Source: Patescibacteria group bacterium
GTDB taxonomy: Bacteria > Patescibacteriota > Minisyncoccia > Phycocordibacterales > UBA9973
Direction: 5' to 3'
NCBI GenBank assembly: GCA_038061925.1
Contig: JBBTYD010000007.1
Coordinates: 1-58,947, forward strand
DNA: 58,947 nt
Positions 9,644 through 21,352 of this stretch are shown piece by piece. The stretch's first letter is position 1. Each line of letters opens with the position of its first letter. A program made the translations under genes and the position numbers. The notes beneath the pieces were generated by a model, which worked only from the letters and a program-made list of their open reading frames with translations, was not told where the DNA came from and did not search any database.

Positions 9644-11419
9644 TTATTTCTTTAAACGACTATTTTTAATTTCCTCTTTTTTTTTATTTATTTCATTTAT
9701 CTTTCTTAAAATTTCTACCTCCATTTTCTTGTCTTTAAGATTCTTGAGTTCGATCATTTTTTGAACAAGTTCTTCATTTAAATACTCTTCTTCAATATTT
9801 AGTAGCATTTCTTTTACATCTTTTTGTAAATTTTCACTATTTAAATAAAAAACCTCCGCTTCATAAATTAAATCTTCTTTAAGATCTTTATAAATCTCTT
9901 TCGCTTTACTTATTTTTGTAAAAATCAATTCCGGTTCTATAATCCTATTATGCATACTCTCCTGCCAAAAAGCTATCCCTAGAAGCCGGCGCTCAATTGG
10001 ATCTTTTCTCAATTTTTTCTCCACATTTTCCTTCGCAGTTTTGGTTTCTTCTGTTTCAGATTTCAACTCAGACTCGACTTTTTTTAAATCCTCCATTAAA
10101 GCTTTTTCCGTTATGCCAGATTGATCGCTAATTTTCTTAAGAAAGTACATTTTTTCAATTGAACTTTCAATCGCATCTATGTAAGGTAATATTTTTTCTT
10201 TTATCAGTCTGCCAGCGCGCCTAGTATCAGAACCCGCTTCTTTTAAAACTTTACCCAACATAAATTCTATTATATGTTTAGCATCTTTAATAGCCAGACG
10301 CCAGGCATCAGGACCATTTTTAGAAATCAAATCTGCTGGGTCAACTCCATCTGGCAGTGACACCACTTTCACATCCATACCCAAAGACAAGGCAATTTTA
10401 CCGGCTCTGTTTGAAGCATTAAACCCCGCCTTATCAGCATCAAACGAAAGGACGATATTGGACGAAAGACGACGCACAAGTCCCAAATTGGAAATTACAT
10501 TTTCCCTCAGCCGTAGCCCGTCTACGGGCGAGGCTTTAGAAACAGTTGAGTCAGACAAAGCCGTGCCGGAGGTGGCAATTGTATTTTTATATCCAGCTTG
10601 ATGTGATAAAATCAGATCCATCTGCCCTTCAACTAAAATAGAAAAATTATTTTTGCGAATTGACTCTTTGGCTTTATCGATGCCAAAAAGCACAGAAGAT
10701 TTATTAAATATCGGGGTTTCTGGACTATTTAAATATTTGGCAGACTTGCCGTCATCAGCCAGAATTCTGCCTGAAAAAGCAATAATCCGCCCGCTTGAAT
10801 CAGCTATGGGAAACATGATGCGTCCACGAAACCTGTCGTACATCGCTTTATTTGGTTTGTCCGTCTCGGGATCTGGTCTTTTGGCTAATCCCGCGCGCTC
10901 TATTTCGTTATCAGTAAAATTCTTAGATTTTAAATAATCGTATAGTTTGCGCCAGTCTAATATAGCCAAGCCAATTCTAAAATCTTTGACAGTCTCATCT
11001 AGGAGTCCACGAGATTTTAAATATTCTTGCGCTTGTTTATTATTCTTTAGATTGTTTTCAAAAAATTCCGTAGCTTCTTCCATCACCTTATAAAGTTTTT
11101 CTTTTTCACTTTCAGTCTCTTTTATTTCTTGACTGTAAACTTCAAGCCGGATTCCAGCCCTATCCGCTAAAAGTCTAAGCGCGCCCTTAAAATCAAGTCC
11201 TTCAAATTCTTCCACGAAAGTAAAAATATCCCCCGACGCTCCACAACCAAAGCAATAATAACTTCCTCGGTTGGGCGAGACAAAAAAGCTGGGCGTCTTT
11301 TCATTGTGAAATGGACACTTGCCTTTCCAGCTTGCTCCCGCTTTATCCAGCTTTATATAAGAGCTGACCAGCGAGATAATATCTATTCTTGATTTGATTT
11401 GATCAACAGATGAGGACAT
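9644..11419 (-). CDS. dnaG: DNA primase
   Basis: [11 protein letters not shown] zinc finger, [14 protein letters not shown] and FDAD Toprim motifs. Confidence 0.97.
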   Translation of the reverse strand: MSSSVDQIKSRIDIISLVSSYIKLDKAGASWKGKCPFHNEKTPSFFVSPNRGSYYCFGCGASGDIFTFVEEFEGLDFKGALRLLADRAGIRLEVYSQEIKETESEKEKLYKVMEEATEFFENNLKNNKQAQEYLKSRGLLDETVKDFRIGLAILDWRKLYDYLKSKNFTDNEIERAGLAKRPDPETDKPNKAMYDRFRGRIMFPIADSSGRIIAFSGRILADDGKSAKYLNSPETPIFNKSSVLFGIDKAKESIRKNNFSILVEGQMDLILSHQAGYKNTIATSGTALSDSTVSKASPVDGLRLRENVISNLGLVRRLSSNIVLSFDADKAGFNASNRAGKIALSLGMDVKVVSLPDGVDPADLISKNGPDAWRLAIKDAKHIIEFMLGKVLKEAGSDTRRAGRLIKEKILPYIDAIESSIEKMYFLKKISDQSGITEKALMEDLKKVESELKSETEETKTAKENVEKKLRKDPIERRLLGIAFWQESMHNRIIEPELIFTKISKAKEIYKDLKEDLIYEAEVFYLNSENLQKDVKEMLLNIEEEYLNEELVQKMIELKNLKDKKMEVEILRKINEINKKKEEIKNSRLKK

Positions 11420-11444
11420 AAATACAATTTCTAATTGACCTAAT

Positions 11445-11479
11445 ATAATTTTATCAAGGAGAATCCTTGATAAAATTAT
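11445..11479. repeat. REP-like palindrome (16-bp arms) containing the rpoC stop codon
   Basis: ATAATTTTATCAAGGA-GAA-TCCTTGATAAAATTAT. Confidence 0.9.
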
Positions 11480-14400
11480 TTTTCCACTCCAGTTTTGATC
11501 TTTTTTTGAACCCCGTCCCAGCCGGGATCAATCGTCCAATAATAACATTCTCTTTTAGTCCTCTCAAATAATCTACTCCACCCTTGATGGCATTTTCAAT
11601 CAAAACACGATTGGTGTTTTGGAACGAGGCGGCCGAAAGCCAACTTTTGGTGCGAAGCGACACTTCTGTAATACCGAGCACGACTGTTTCCGCTTTTGAT
11701 TCTTTGGATTCTTTCAGCTGTCCAACTCTTATATTTTCTTCTATAAAGGCCGTATTTTCAACAATATCGCCAATAGAAAAATTGGTATTACCGGCATCTT
11801 TTATTTTTCGGCGCGAAAACATCTGACGAATAATTATTTCGGTATGCTTCCTGGAAATTGAAGCGCTCTGCAATTCATAAACTTTATTTATTTCTCGAAT
11901 TATATACTCTTCGACTAATTCTTTACTGCCAAATTTAAAGATTTCAGCAATATCCGCAGAACCATCAGTGATAATTTGACCCTTAAAAACTTTATCACCC
12001 ACCTTCATTGTTGGGATTCTGCGAAACGGCACAAGGTATTCTATTTCGTTTGGCTGGCCGTCAAGTTTTGTGTCAGATAGCACTTTAATAATTTTTTCCC
12101 CGCCTGTGTGGACAAGTTTTCCACCTGCCTGCGCAGGTAAGTCTTTGGCCACAATAGATATCACTTCTCCATCAGTTTGTGAAACAATTGCCGGATTTTT
12201 TGGAATTCTTCTTTCAAATATCTCTTCGACTCGCGGCAGCCCCGTAGTGATATCAGTACCAGCCACACCTCCAGCGTGAAAAGTACGGAGCGTAAGCTGG
12301 GTGCCTGGCTCACCAATAGCTTGAGCGGCAATGATGCCCACCGCCTCTCCTAAATCCACCAAATGATTACGCCCTAAATCAAGTCCGTAACACATCTGAC
12401 AAAGACCATGAACAGTGCGACAAGTTAATAGAGAGCGAACAAAAACTTCGTTAAAACCTGCCCCTTCAATGTTATAAGCTTCCTCTTTGGTAATCAAGAA
12501 ACCTCTTTTGAAAACTATCTTGCCATTTTTATCTTTAAGGTCTCCCGCCAGTACCCGTCCGCGAATATTTTTGGAAAGTGGAATTTCTATTCCAGAAATA
12601 TTTTCTCTGGTAACTATTTTCCCTTCTTTTGTACCGCAATCCTCTTCAGTTATAACCACATCCTGCGCAACGTCAACCAACCTTCGAGTTAAGTACCCAG
12701 CCTTAGCCGTGTTTAAGGCGGTATCGGAAGCGCCTTTGCGAGCGCCGTGAGTAATAACGAAATATTCAATTGGAGAAAGTCCCTCTTGGTAACAAGGAAT
12801 AATGGGAAATTCCAAAGTTTTACCTTGATTGTTTTGGATAAGTCCAATCATTCCTGTCATTTGCATCAATGACGACATTGTGCCACGGGCTTTAGAAGTG
12901 AACAAATCATAAGTGGAACTCTTTTTATCAAGTGTTTTGGGTAAAACTTTTTCCAAATTTTTCTTTGTATGTGTCCAAATTTCGATAATCTTTTGATATT
13001 TTTCTTCTTCCGACAAAAGACCCTCGCGCCATTGTGATATTATTTCTTCTTCAAGTTTTTTACCTTCCGCTATTATTTTTGGTTTCTCGGGCGACACCGA
13101 AACATTATCAAGCCCCCAGGTAGTACCAGAAACTGTCGAGTATTTAAAGCCAAATGCTTTAATTTCATCCAAGATAAGAGGAGTGTTGTCGACCCCAGAG
13201 TGTACGATAAGCTCATCTAGCAGAAAAGACAGTCTATCTTGGGTCATTTCATCATTCACGTAAGAAAAATCATTTGGCAAAATACTGTTAAAAAAAAGTT
13301 TCCCAACAGAAGTGTCAAAAATTCCTCCAGAAAATTTTTTGTATTTCTCTTTCTCTGTTGCCAGAACTTTTATTTTAGCGCGTAGAGATATAATCCCATA
13401 GTTATAAGCAGTAATAGCAGAATTGGGACTGGAAAAATATTTACCCTCTCCAACTTCACCGTCAACTGATTTTGTCATCCAATAACTTCCAAGCACCATA
13501 TCCATCCGAGGATGCACTATCGGATCGCCATTCTGAGGTTTTAGCAGGTTTTTGTTTGCAGCCATTAATTCTTTTGCTTCGGATTGAGCTTCTTCGAGCA
13601 ATGGAACATAAACGGCCATTTGGTCTCCATCAAAATCAGCATTGAAGGCTTGACAAACAAGCGGATGAACTTGAATAGCATTTCCCTCAATCAGAATAGG
13701 ATTAAAGGCTTGAATACCCAAACGATGTAGAGTGGGCGCGCGGTTTAAAAGAACATATTTCCCAGCGATAACTTCTTCCAACATCGTCCAAACGTCAGGA
13801 GTGCGTTCCTCTATAAGCTTATTCGCTCCACGAATATTAAAGGCTAATTCTGCTTGCAAAATTTTAGAAATTACGAATGGTCTAAAAAGCTCGAGCGCCA
13901 TGTGCTTAGGCAATCCACATTGATTGAGTTTGAGTTCGGGACCGACAACAATCACTGAACGTCCTGAATAGTCCACTCTTTTCCCAAGTAAATTTTGGCG
14001 AAAAAGACCTTGTTTGGATTTCAAATTATCGGATAGCGATTTTAAGGGACGCTTTTGGGATTGACTCATCGCCGCCGAGTCATTTTGCTTGGCAATCGAA
14101 TTATCAATCAGCGCGTCAACGGCTTCCTGAATAATTCTTTTTTCATTTCGTAATATCACATCTGGAGCATTAATTTCTTTTAATTTCTTCAAACGATTAT
14201 TCCTATTTATAACTCGACGATAGAGATCATTGAGGTCTGATGTCGCATGTCTGCCTCCATCCAGAGCCACCATCGGACGCAAGACGGGCGGAATAACTGG
14301 AATAACAGTCAAAAACATCCATTCCGGTCGAATCCCAGCGTAAGTCATAGCGCGAATAAGAGACAGTTTTTTTTGTAATTTCTCTTTTTCCGCCATGCTT

Positions 14401-15122
14401 GCTCCCGTTATCATCTTTTCAGTGTGAGCTTTTAATTTATTTAGATCCAAATTTTTAAAAATTGAGTAAATAGCTTCAGCGCCTATATTTGCTTCAAAAC
14501 AAGTTCCGTATTTTAAAGAGTAGTGATGAAAAGAAATTTCATTTAAAACTTTCCCTTCATAAATTTCTCCAATCTCTTTTTGAGTAATAGAAAACAGGTT
14601 TTTTAATTTCTCTCGAGTCTCGTCATCAGTCACATTTTTTAATTTTGCCTTGTATTCTTTGTCTAAATTTGCCACCACGGTTCCTTTTTCATCTTCATGA
14701 ACTTTAGTAATAATATATCCGGCAAAATATATCACCTTTTCAAGGTCAGAAACAGATATATTCAAGAGGATACTCATCCGAGAAGGTACTCCGCGTAAAA
14801 ACCAAATATGAGACACGGGAGTAGAAAGTTCGATATGCCCCATTCTCTCCCTTCTCACTATTGAGCGAGTAACTTCGACTCCGCATTTCTCACAAATAAT
14901 ATCTTTATAACGAATTCGGCGATATTTTCCGCAATAACATTCATAATCTTTTTCCGGTCCAAATATTTTTTCATCAAAAAGACCCCCGCGCTCGCTCCTT
15001 CCAGTACGATAATTTATTGTCTCCGGTTTGGTCACTTCTCCAAAAGACCACTCTTTTATCTGCTCCGGCGAAGCCAGCCGTAACGCGATCGAATCAAATT
15101 CAGTTGTGTTTAAAGTTTTCAT
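11454..15122 (-). CDS. rpoC: RNA polymerase beta' subunit
   Basis: [11 protein letters not shown] catalytic motif, N-terminal zinc finger, GEPGTQLT. Confidence 0.99.
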   Translation of the reverse strand: MKTLNTTEFDSIALRLASPEQIKEWSFGEVTKPETINYRTGRSERGGLFDEKIFGPEKDYECYCGKYRRIRYKDIICEKCGVEVTRSIVRRERMGHIELSTPVSHIWFLRGVPSRMSILLNISVSDLEKVIYFAGYIITKVHEDEKGTVVANLDKEYKAKLKNVTDDETREKLKNLFSITQKEIGEIYEGKVLNEISFHHYSLKYGTCFEANIGAEAIYSIFKNLDLNKLKAHTEKMITGASMAEKEKLQKKLSLIRAMTYAGIRPEWMFLTVIPVIPPVLRPMVALDGGRHATSDLNDLYRRVINRNNRLKKLKEINAPDVILRNEKRIIQEAVDALIDNSIAKQNDSAAMSQSQKRPLKSLSDNLKSKQGLFRQNLLGKRVDYSGRSVIVVGPELKLNQCGLPKHMALELFRPFVISKILQAELAFNIRGANKLIEERTPDVWTMLEEVIAGKYVLLNRAPTLHRLGIQAFNPILIEGNAIQVHPLVCQAFNADFDGDQMAVYVPLLEEAQSEAKELMAANKNLLKPQNGDPIVHPRMDMVLGSYWMTKSVDGEVGEGKYFSSPNSAITAYNYGIISLRAKIKVLATEKEKYKKFSGGIFDTSVGKLFFNSILPNDFSYVNDEMTQDRLSFLLDELIVHSGVDNTPLILDEIKAFGFKYSTVSGTTWGLDNVSVSPEKPKIIAEGKKLEEEIISQWREGLLSEEEKYQKIIEIWTHTKKNLEKVLPKTLDKKSSTYDLFTSKARGTMSSLMQMTGMIGLIQNNQGKTLEFPIIPCYQEGLSPIEYFVITHGARKGASDTALNTAKAGYLTRRLVDVAQDVVITEEDCGTKEGKIVTRENISGIEIPLSKNIRGRVLAGDLKDKNGKIVFKRGFLITKEEAYNIEGAGFNEVFVRSLLTCRTVHGLCQMCYGLDLGRNHLVDLGEAVGIIAAQAIGEPGTQLTLRTFHAGGVAGTDITTGLPRVEEIFERRIPKNPAIVSQTDGEVISIVAKDLPAQAGGKLVHTGGEKIIKVLSDTKLDGQPNEIEYLVPFRRIPTMKVGDKVFKGQIITDGSADIAEIFKFGSKELVEEYIIREINKVYELQSASISRKHTEIIIRQMFSRRKIKDAGNTNFSIGDIVENTAFIEENIRVGQLKESKESKAETVVLGITEVSLRTKSWLSAASFQNTNRVLIENAIKGGVDYLRGLKENVIIGRLIPAGTGFKKRSKLEWKNNFIKDSP

Positions 15123-15123
15123 A

Positions 15124-18100
15124 TTATTTATCTTCGCTTTTTTTTAAATCAACATCCAGCGCCAGACCGCGCAAATAATTTAAGAGCACGTTAAAAGAGG
15201 CGGGAGAATTCGGTGGTCTGATTTTTTCATTTTTTATAATAGAATCAAACGTCGCCGATCGACCGAGTATATCATCAGACTTAATAGTAAGCATTTCACG
15301 CAACGTATAAGCCGCGCCATAACCTTCTAATGCCCAGACTTCCATTTCTCCAAATCTCTGCCCTCCGCCTTGAGCTTTTCCGCCAAGAGGCTGTTGGGTA
15401 ATAAGCGAATATGGTCCGATTGAACGCATGTGAATCTTGTCCTCCACCATATGGTGAAGCTTTAACATATACATATAACCGACGGCAATATCTTGCTCGA
15501 AAGCTTCTCCAGTGCGTCCATCAAAAAGTTTTAATTTCCCATTTCCTGGTAATCCCGCTTTGATTAATTCTTGACTGATTTCTTCGTGTTTGGCTCCTAA
15601 AAATGGCGGAACAATAGCTTGATAACCAAGACTATTGGCGGCCATACCAAGATGCATTTCTAAAATTTGTCCCAAGTTCATACGAGAAGGAACACCAAGT
15701 GGCGAAAGTATAATATCAACCGGCGTGCCATCCGCCATGTAAGGCATATCTTCTTCTGGTAGAATGGTTGAAATAACTCCTTTGTTTCCATGTCGTCCAG
15801 AAAGCTTATCTCCAACTGAAATATTTCTAATTTGCGCGACTTCAATTACGATTTTTTTAATAATTCCCGCTTCAAGTGTATGTCCCAAATCACGAGAAAA
15901 AATCTTGACACCAATAATGCGCCCACGCTTACCATGCTCCACTCGCAACGATGTGTCCTTAACATCACGCGCTTTCTCAGCAAAAATTGAACGTAGCAGT
16001 CGCTCTTCTGGGGTAAGTTCAGTTTCACCTTTAGGGGTGATTTTACCGACTAAAATATCATTTTCTCTAACTTCCGCCCCGATGCGAATAATTCCATCTT
16101 CATCTAAATCTTTAAGTTTGAGTTCTCCGACATTTGGTATATCCCGAGTGGTAATTTCAGGTCCAAGCTTGGTATCACGAACGACGCATATAAACTCCTC
16201 TACATAAATAGATGTAAATTTACTCGCTTTTACTAGACGCTCAGATACAATTATAGCATCCTCATAAGTTGATCCAGACCAAGATAAAAATGCTACAAAA
16301 ATATTTTGTCCCAGTGAAATCTGCCCACCGACAGTACTGCTGGTATCTGCCAAAATATCGCCTTTCTTTATTTTATCACCAACATTCACAAGTGGACGCT
16401 GATGAAATACGGCAAAGTTGTTATTTCTCATAAAATTAACAAGATTGTAAATCTTCTCGGAATTTTTTTCAGACTTTTCTTTAACGATTATTTTTTTTGC
16501 ATCTAAATAAGAAACAACGCCGTCTTCTTCAGCTATAATTAATCTGCCTGAATCTCGTGATGCTAGTTCTTCTGTTCCAGTGGCAACAAGAGGCGCTTCA
16601 GGGAGAACGCAAGGTACAGCTTGCTTTTGCATATTAGATCCCATTAAGGCTCTATTCGCATTATTATGTTCCAAAAACGGAATCATAGAAGTTGCTATAG
16701 AAAAAGCTTGGTTTGGAGAAACATCAATAAAATCAACTTCCTCACGGGAAATTGCGCCCGGCTCTGTCTTAATTCTGGCTTCTACTTTTTCTTCTGTTAT
16801 TTTCCCATTCTCGTCATAAGGAATTCCAGCATGCGCAATATTATATTTTTCTTCCTCCAGCGCATTCAAATAAACCACTTCGTTGGTTAGCTTGCCATTT
16901 TTTACTTTGATATATGGAGTTTCAATAATTCCAAATTCATTTATTTTTGCATACGTGGCAAGATGCAAAATAAGTCCAATATTGGGACCCTCGGGAGTAT
17001 GAATAGGACAAACTCTACCATAGTGCGAAGGATGCACATCCCGAACTTCCAAACCCGCACGCTCACGCGTGAGACCTCCGGGTCCAAGCGCAGAGAGTGT
17101 GCGTAAATGTTCTATCTCGTAAAGCACATTTTCTTGCGCCATAAATTGCGAGAGTTGGTTTGTAGTGAAAAATTCTTTTATCCGAGCTTGGAGTGGCCGT
17201 TGGTTTATAATAGTGATAGGCATTGCGGTATCAACGTCAATAATAGACATTCTGTCTTGAATATTTCTTTTGATTTGCATCATACCGGTACGCACTTTTT
17301 GTTGAAGTATCTCGCCAACAAATCGCACTCGCCTCTGACCCAAATGATCTATGTCGTCACTTTTAGCGTCGGGAGTATTGTTTAAACTAATAATATGTGA
17401 AATTACAGTCACTAAATCCTCTTTGGAAATAGTTCGGCGAGCGAGCGCTTCTGTATTCATTGGTTTAAGAAAACGCTGATTAAATCTAAAACGACCAACT
17501 GGAGAAAGATCATACCGCTCTGTTGTAAACAAAGAGTTAATGAACTCTTTGGCATTATCAGCCGTGGCCATGTCGCCATCTCGGAGACGCTTGTAGATTT
17601 CAATATACGAATCATTTACGCTCTTGTCTTCATCTTTAGAGAGACATATTTTTATCGTTTCTTCTAGTCCCGCCACTCCACCGCCTGGAGTAGAAAAAGC
17701 TTTTAAGATTGCTTCATCATTTTCATAACCCATGGCTCGCAAGAGAGCAGTGGCGGGGAATTTTCTCTTTTTGTCTATCCTGATGTAAATTGCGCCATCC
17801 GCTTCTGACTCTATCTCAATCCAAACTCCGCGCGCGGGAATAATCTTAGCGCCAAAATATCTTTTGCCCTTACTTTCAGATTCAGTAAAGAAAACTCCAA
17901 AACTTCGCGCAAGTTGTGGCACGATAACCCGCTCTACGCCATTTATAATAAAAGTCCCGTGAGAAGTCATTAAGGGAAATTCAGACATAAAAATCTCTTG
18001 TTCCTTTATCGTGCCTAAAATTTTATTGGTTAATTTTACCCGAGCTTTCAAAAACCCTTGGTATGAGAGTTTATTTATTTTAGCGTTATTCTCATCGTAT

Positions 18101-18315
18101 TTACATTCAGAGAGTGAAAAAGAAACAAATTCAAGTTGAAACTTTTTTGTAGAATAATCACTGATCGGAGAAAATTCCTTGAATACTTCGCCAATCCCCG
18201 CTTCGACCAACCATTTGAAACTCTTTACTTGAGCTTCAATTAAATTTGGAAACTCGACGAGAGGTTTTTTATACCTTGAAAAATATTTCTTCGGACGCTT
18301 AGCTATTGTATGCAT
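15124..18315 (-). CDS. rpoB: RNA polymerase beta subunit
   Basis: GDKLSGRHGNKG, GGQRFGEMEVWAL, RALMGSNM. ATG at 18315 preferred over TTG 18360. Confidence 0.99.
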   Translation of the reverse strand: MHTIAKRPKKYFSRYKKPLVEFPNLIEAQVKSFKWLVEAGIGEVFKEFSPISDYSTKKFQLEFVSFSLSECKYDENNAKINKLSYQGFLKARVKLTNKILGTIKEQEIFMSEFPLMTSHGTFIINGVERVIVPQLARSFGVFFTESESKGKRYFGAKIIPARGVWIEIESEADGAIYIRIDKKRKFPATALLRAMGYENDEAILKAFSTPGGGVAGLEETIKICLSKDEDKSVNDSYIEIYKRLRDGDMATADNAKEFINSLFTTERYDLSPVGRFRFNQRFLKPMNTEALARRTISKEDLVTVISHIISLNNTPDAKSDDIDHLGQRRVRFVGEILQQKVRTGMMQIKRNIQDRMSIIDVDTAMPITIINQRPLQARIKEFFTTNQLSQFMAQENVLYEIEHLRTLSALGPGGLTRERAGLEVRDVHPSHYGRVCPIHTPEGPNIGLILHLATYAKINEFGIIETPYIKVKNGKLTNEVVYLNALEEEKYNIAHAGIPYDENGKITEEKVEARIKTEPGAISREEVDFIDVSPNQAFSIATSMIPFLEHNNANRALMGSNMQKQAVPCVLPEAPLVATGTEELASRDSGRLIIAEEDGVVSYLDAKKIIVKEKSEKNSEKIYNLVNFMRNNNFAVFHQRPLVNVGDKIKKGDILADTSSTVGGQISLGQNIFVAFLSWSGSTYEDAIIVSERLVKASKFTSIYVEEFICVVRDTKLGPEITTRDIPNVGELKLKDLDEDGIIRIGAEVRENDILVGKITPKGETELTPEERLLRSIFAEKARDVKDTSLRVEHGKRGRIIGVKIFSRDLGHTLEAGIIKKIVIEVAQIRNISVGDKLSGRHGNKGVISTILPEEDMPYMADGTPVDIILSPLGVPSRMNLGQILEMHLGMAANSLGYQAIVPPFLGAKHEEISQELIKAGLPGNGKLKLFDGRTGEAFEQDIAVGYMYMLKLHHMVEDKIHMRSIGPYSLITQQPLGGKAQGGGQRFGEMEVWALEGYGAAYTLREMLTIKSDDILGRSATFDSIIKNEKIRPPNSPASFNVLLNYLRGLALDVDLKKSEDK

Positions 18316-18544
18316 ATTTTTTACAACCAAAATAAAACAAAAAAAACGAAAGAAAAACAAAGAGAAAAATTCTTTTCTTTAGCTTCTTAAAAATTTATTT
18401 ATAGTTATGATTAAGCTAAAAACCTTGTAATCCAAACCAAGATTGCATCCGATACTCAATCAATGAATCTCAAGTAGCCTACTCTATTCCACTTTTTTTG
18501 TCAAATACCAGTTGGGGATTATTTTATGATGAGTAAAGACTTTC

Positions 18545-18710
18545 TTAAGATATCAAAGATTCCCTTTGTTTTTGTTCCTTGATTGTTCCGCCAGACCATT
18601 TCATCACCAGTTGAACAATTTTCGGAGTAGTCGTCTCGCTATAAAACTTCACTGCTTTTTAACTGTCAGTTTCTGATTTAGACTTTTCCTCAAATTCTTT
18701 TTGCGAACAT
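18545..18710 (-). pseudogene. Possible degraded small gene
   Basis: One frame reads EFEEKSKSETDS*KAVKFYSETTTPKIVQLVMKWSGGTIKEQKQ, which resembles a small Parcubacteria protein as I recall it (unverified). Has an in-frame stop and an out-of-frame ATG. Confidence 0.3.
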
Positions 18711-18739
18711 CAAAGAGTATAATGAACTCAACTAGGTCT

Positions 18740-18761
18740 TCATCTAGGCCTTGCCTAGCTG
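18740..18761. repeat. Left REP-like repeat of the RAYT unit
   Basis: TCATCTAGGCCTTGCCTAGCTG; exact reverse complement of 19442-19463. Confidence 0.93.
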
Positions 18762-19417
18762 AGAGTGTTATAACTAAGCCATTCAAAAATTTCAGCTAAA
18801 AAAGATTTTTTATTCGGAAAATATTTTGGAAATGTTTTTATATTTAATATTTTATTTTGGGTTCTTTGTATCCCTATATAATCTAAATAACTCGAATAGG
18901 GATAATCATTTAAATATTCTACAACTTCTTTTTTATTTTTAATCCCACTTTCTTTCCAATCCTTCTGTATAAGTTTTACTGGATTTAAATGAATATAAGA
19001 AAACATATATTTAAGATATTGATCTATGTTTATATGTTGTGATTTAAATTTTCCTTCAAACAATGATCCAGTTCTTTTATACTTTTTATTAAAATACATT
19101 GAATAAGAAGTACTAAATTTCTGTATAAAATTACTTATATTATTATCTTCAGATTGAGTGATTAATAAATGAAAATGATTAGGCATTAAACAATACGCTC
19201 CAATATTAACTAGGGGTTCTTCACGCTCAATATCATATAAAGTTTGACCTTTATTTAAATTATTAACTTTTAAGTTTCCCTTTTGATTACAGGCATACAA
19301 AAGACCAATAAAACGCAAATAATCTTCTTTATCAAGAAAAATTTTTTGTTTACTATTTCCACGATTATATATATGATAATATTCTCCAGAAACTAATTTT
19401 ACTTTTCGTATTGACAT
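18755..19417 (-). mobile_element. rayT: REP-associated tyrosine transposase (RAYT, HUH Y1 family)
   Basis: YYHIYNRG, AYCLMPNHFHLL (HUH), YIHLNPV (catalytic Tyr), YSSY; flanked by inverted REP-like repeats. Start at ATG 19417. Confidence 0.9.
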
Positions 19418-19441
19418 AGATATATAATACAAAATACTTTC

Positions 19442-19463
19442 CAGCTAGGCAAGGCCTAGATGA
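19442..19463. repeat. Right REP-like repeat of the RAYT unit; contains the trmD stop
   Basis: CAGCTAGGCAAGGCCTAGATGA. Confidence 0.93.
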
Positions 19464-20146
19464 GTTTTTTTCCACTCTTCTATTTTCTTATGATTTCCAG
19501 AAAGCAGAACTTTGGGAACTTTGTAGTTTTTACCCTTCCATTTTAAAACTTCGGGACGAGTGTAGACTTCACTACTGGAGATTCGTTCTTCTTCCAATGA
19601 TTTATATTTACCCAAAACTCCCGGAATTTGTCTGGAAATAGAATCTATTAAAACCATCGCTGGAAGCTCTCCACCAGTTAGCACATAATCCCCGATTGAA
19701 ATTTCTTCCACCTTTGTTAAAGCTCCGACGGACAGGTTTGCATTTATAATTTTCTTAACTCGCGCATCTAGACCTTCGTATCTCCCAGAAATTAAAATAA
19801 TATCTGTATATTTTTTGGCAACGACTTTAGCGTAAGCTGTATCAAACTTTTTACCTGAAGGAGAAAATAAAATCATCTTGGTTTTGTTTTTACTTTTGCT
19901 CTTCACTGCGTTCAGGACCTTCGCCACAGCTTTCAGCAGTGGCTCGGCTTTCATCACCATCCCAGGCCCTCCACCATAAGGCTTGTCATCTACCGGTTTA
20001 TAATTATTTTTGGGCGCTTTTATAAAGTCCCGTGGATTATAAAATTTTATTGAAATAAGTTCATTTTTTATCGCCCGCCCAATAATAGATTCTTTTAAAT
20101 AAGAATCGAACATTTCTGGAAAAATTGTAATTATATGAAAACGCAT
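19445..20146 (-). CDS. trmD: tRNA (guanine-N1)-methyltransferase
   Basis: DDKPYGGGPGMVM, GRYEG, SIGDYVLTGGELPAMV. Confidence 0.97.
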   Translation of the reverse strand: MRFHIITIFPEMFDSYLKESIIGRAIKNELISIKFYNPRDFIKAPKNNYKPVDDKPYGGGPGMVMKAEPLLKAVAKVLNAVKSKSKNKTKMILFSPSGKKFDTAYAKVVAKKYTDIILISGRYEGLDARVKKIINANLSVGALTKVEEISIGDYVLTGGELPAMVLIDSISRQIPGVLGKYKSLEEERISSSEVYTRPEVLKWKGKNYKVPKVLLSGNHKKIEEWKKTHLGLA

Positions 20147-20151
20147 AAATT

Positions 20152-20237
20152 AAAAAAGGAGCGAGTATAAAAATTTTCTGGGAGCAAAAAAGGGTCCAGT
20201 TGCTCCAGGCGAAAACCTTTATACTCGCTCCTTTTTT
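20152..20237. repeat. Long intergenic hairpin with 20-bp outer arms
   Basis: AAAAAAGGAGCGAGTATAAA ... TTTATACTCGCTCCTTTTTT with inner GGAGCAA/TTGCTCC pairing. Confidence 0.85.
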
Positions 20238-20240
20238 TAA

Positions 20241-20582
20241 CTAGATTCTTTTCAAGTCTTCCATCGCTTGGTCCACTGTTTTAAACGAACTCGGAGCACT
20301 ACTTGCGCCCACAGACCTTTCAGGCCTTAGACTGCCTTCTGGTTCGTTAATTTTCAAGTTCACCCGGGCATTATTTTTCATACCGATTATTCGTAGAAGA
20401 GTGCGAATAGCTTTGGCGGTGTTCCCCATTCTTCCTATAATCTTGCCCATATCGGCAGAATTCACAGTCAGAGAGATAAGCACGCCCATCTCATCAACAG
20501 TCCTATCAATTTTCACATCATTTGGGTTGTCAACAAGAGCTTTCACTACGTATTCCAGAAATGTCTTATCAGCGTCTTGCAT
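20241..20582 (-). CDS. khpA: KH-domain RNA-binding protein
   Basis: DMGKIIGRMG KH motif; located after rpsP. Confidence 0.9.
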   Translation of the reverse strand: MQDADKTFLEYVVKALVDNPNDVKIDRTVDEMGVLISLTVNSADMGKIIGRMGNTAKAIRTLLRIIGMKNNARVNLKINEPEGSLRPERSVGASSAPSSFKTVDQAMEDLKRI

Positions 20583-20689
20583 ATTTAAAAGTTAAATTTA
20601 TTTTTAATTTTAGCAGCGTTACGACCTAGAATGACTATCTGCCCTGCTTTACATCTGCATTATACTTCACCCCGCTATGGCGGGGCAAG

Positions 20690-21010
20690 TTATTTTTTCG
20701 CTTTCAACTCTTTTCTCCTCTTGGTTGGTTTCTTTTTTGGCAACACATTTACTTTCTTGCCTTCTATTATCTTATCATGCACTAAAAAATTATGCATTGT
20801 ATCGGAACATTTTGCACCTTGAGAAATCCAATACTTTATTCTATCACCAATAAAATTTGTCCTGGATTTTTTGTCTTTGGCTGTCGGACTATAAGTCCCA
20901 AGTATTTCTAGAAATCTTCCACTCTTTGTGCTGTTTTTAGAATCAGTCAAAACAACTCGAAATGCCGGGTCATTTTTTCTGCCTATTCTCTGCAATCTTA
21001 TTTTCAACAT
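20690..21010 (-). CDS. rpsP: 30S ribosomal protein S16
   Basis: MLKIRLQRIGRK..P.FRVV, GRFLEILGTY. Confidence 0.97.
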   Translation of the reverse strand: MLKIRLQRIGRKNDPAFRVVLTDSKNSTKSGRFLEILGTYSPTAKDKKSRTNFIGDRIKYWISQGAKCSDTMHNFLVHDKIIEGKKVNVLPKKKPTKRRKELKAKK

Positions 21011-21080
21011 AAATAGAGCTTAACATAAATCATTTAAAAGGCAAACTTTTACTACGAAAGGTGAAAAACAAATTTATTTG

Positions 21081-21129
21081 AGAAAAAGAAAAAGCGCCGA
21101 TGGTCACTTTTCCAGTGCGCATGGCGCTT
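21081..21129 (-). terminator. Putative intrinsic terminator
   Basis: AAGCGCC/GGCGCTT stem followed by a U-rich run on the minus strand. Confidence 0.5.
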
Positions 21130-21179
21130 CTATTGTTGATATTGTTTTATGAGCCCATCGAGCTCATTCTTTTCTTCTT

Positions 21180-21320
21180 TTACCAGAAGATGTAGTTGTA
21201 TCCACCTTCCCCTACGGAGGTAATAACTGACCCACCGTAAGTACAATGGGGAAAGGTGGAACATCCAGTGAGAACGGTAAGTAGTAATATTGCTACTACC
21301 GCTCGAATTTTTGTTTTCAT
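21180..21320 (-). CDS. Small putative lipoprotein (46 aa); not in the ORF track
   Basis: MKTKIRAVVAILLLTVLTG|CSTFPHCTYGGSVITSVGEGGYNYIFW: basic N-terminus, hydrophobic core, LTGC lipobox; has its own promoter and terminator. Confidence 0.65.
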   Translation of the reverse strand: MKTKIRAVVAILLLTVLTGCSTFPHCTYGGSVITSVGEGGYNYIFW

Positions 21321-21352
21321 AATTTCAATTTCACACTACTAACTTCGTCAGG

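Noticed and set aside
11584-17385. Antisense ORFs within rpoB and rpoC (and similar ones in other long genes)
   Set aside because: Typical reverse-frame shadows of conserved genes with no independent signals.
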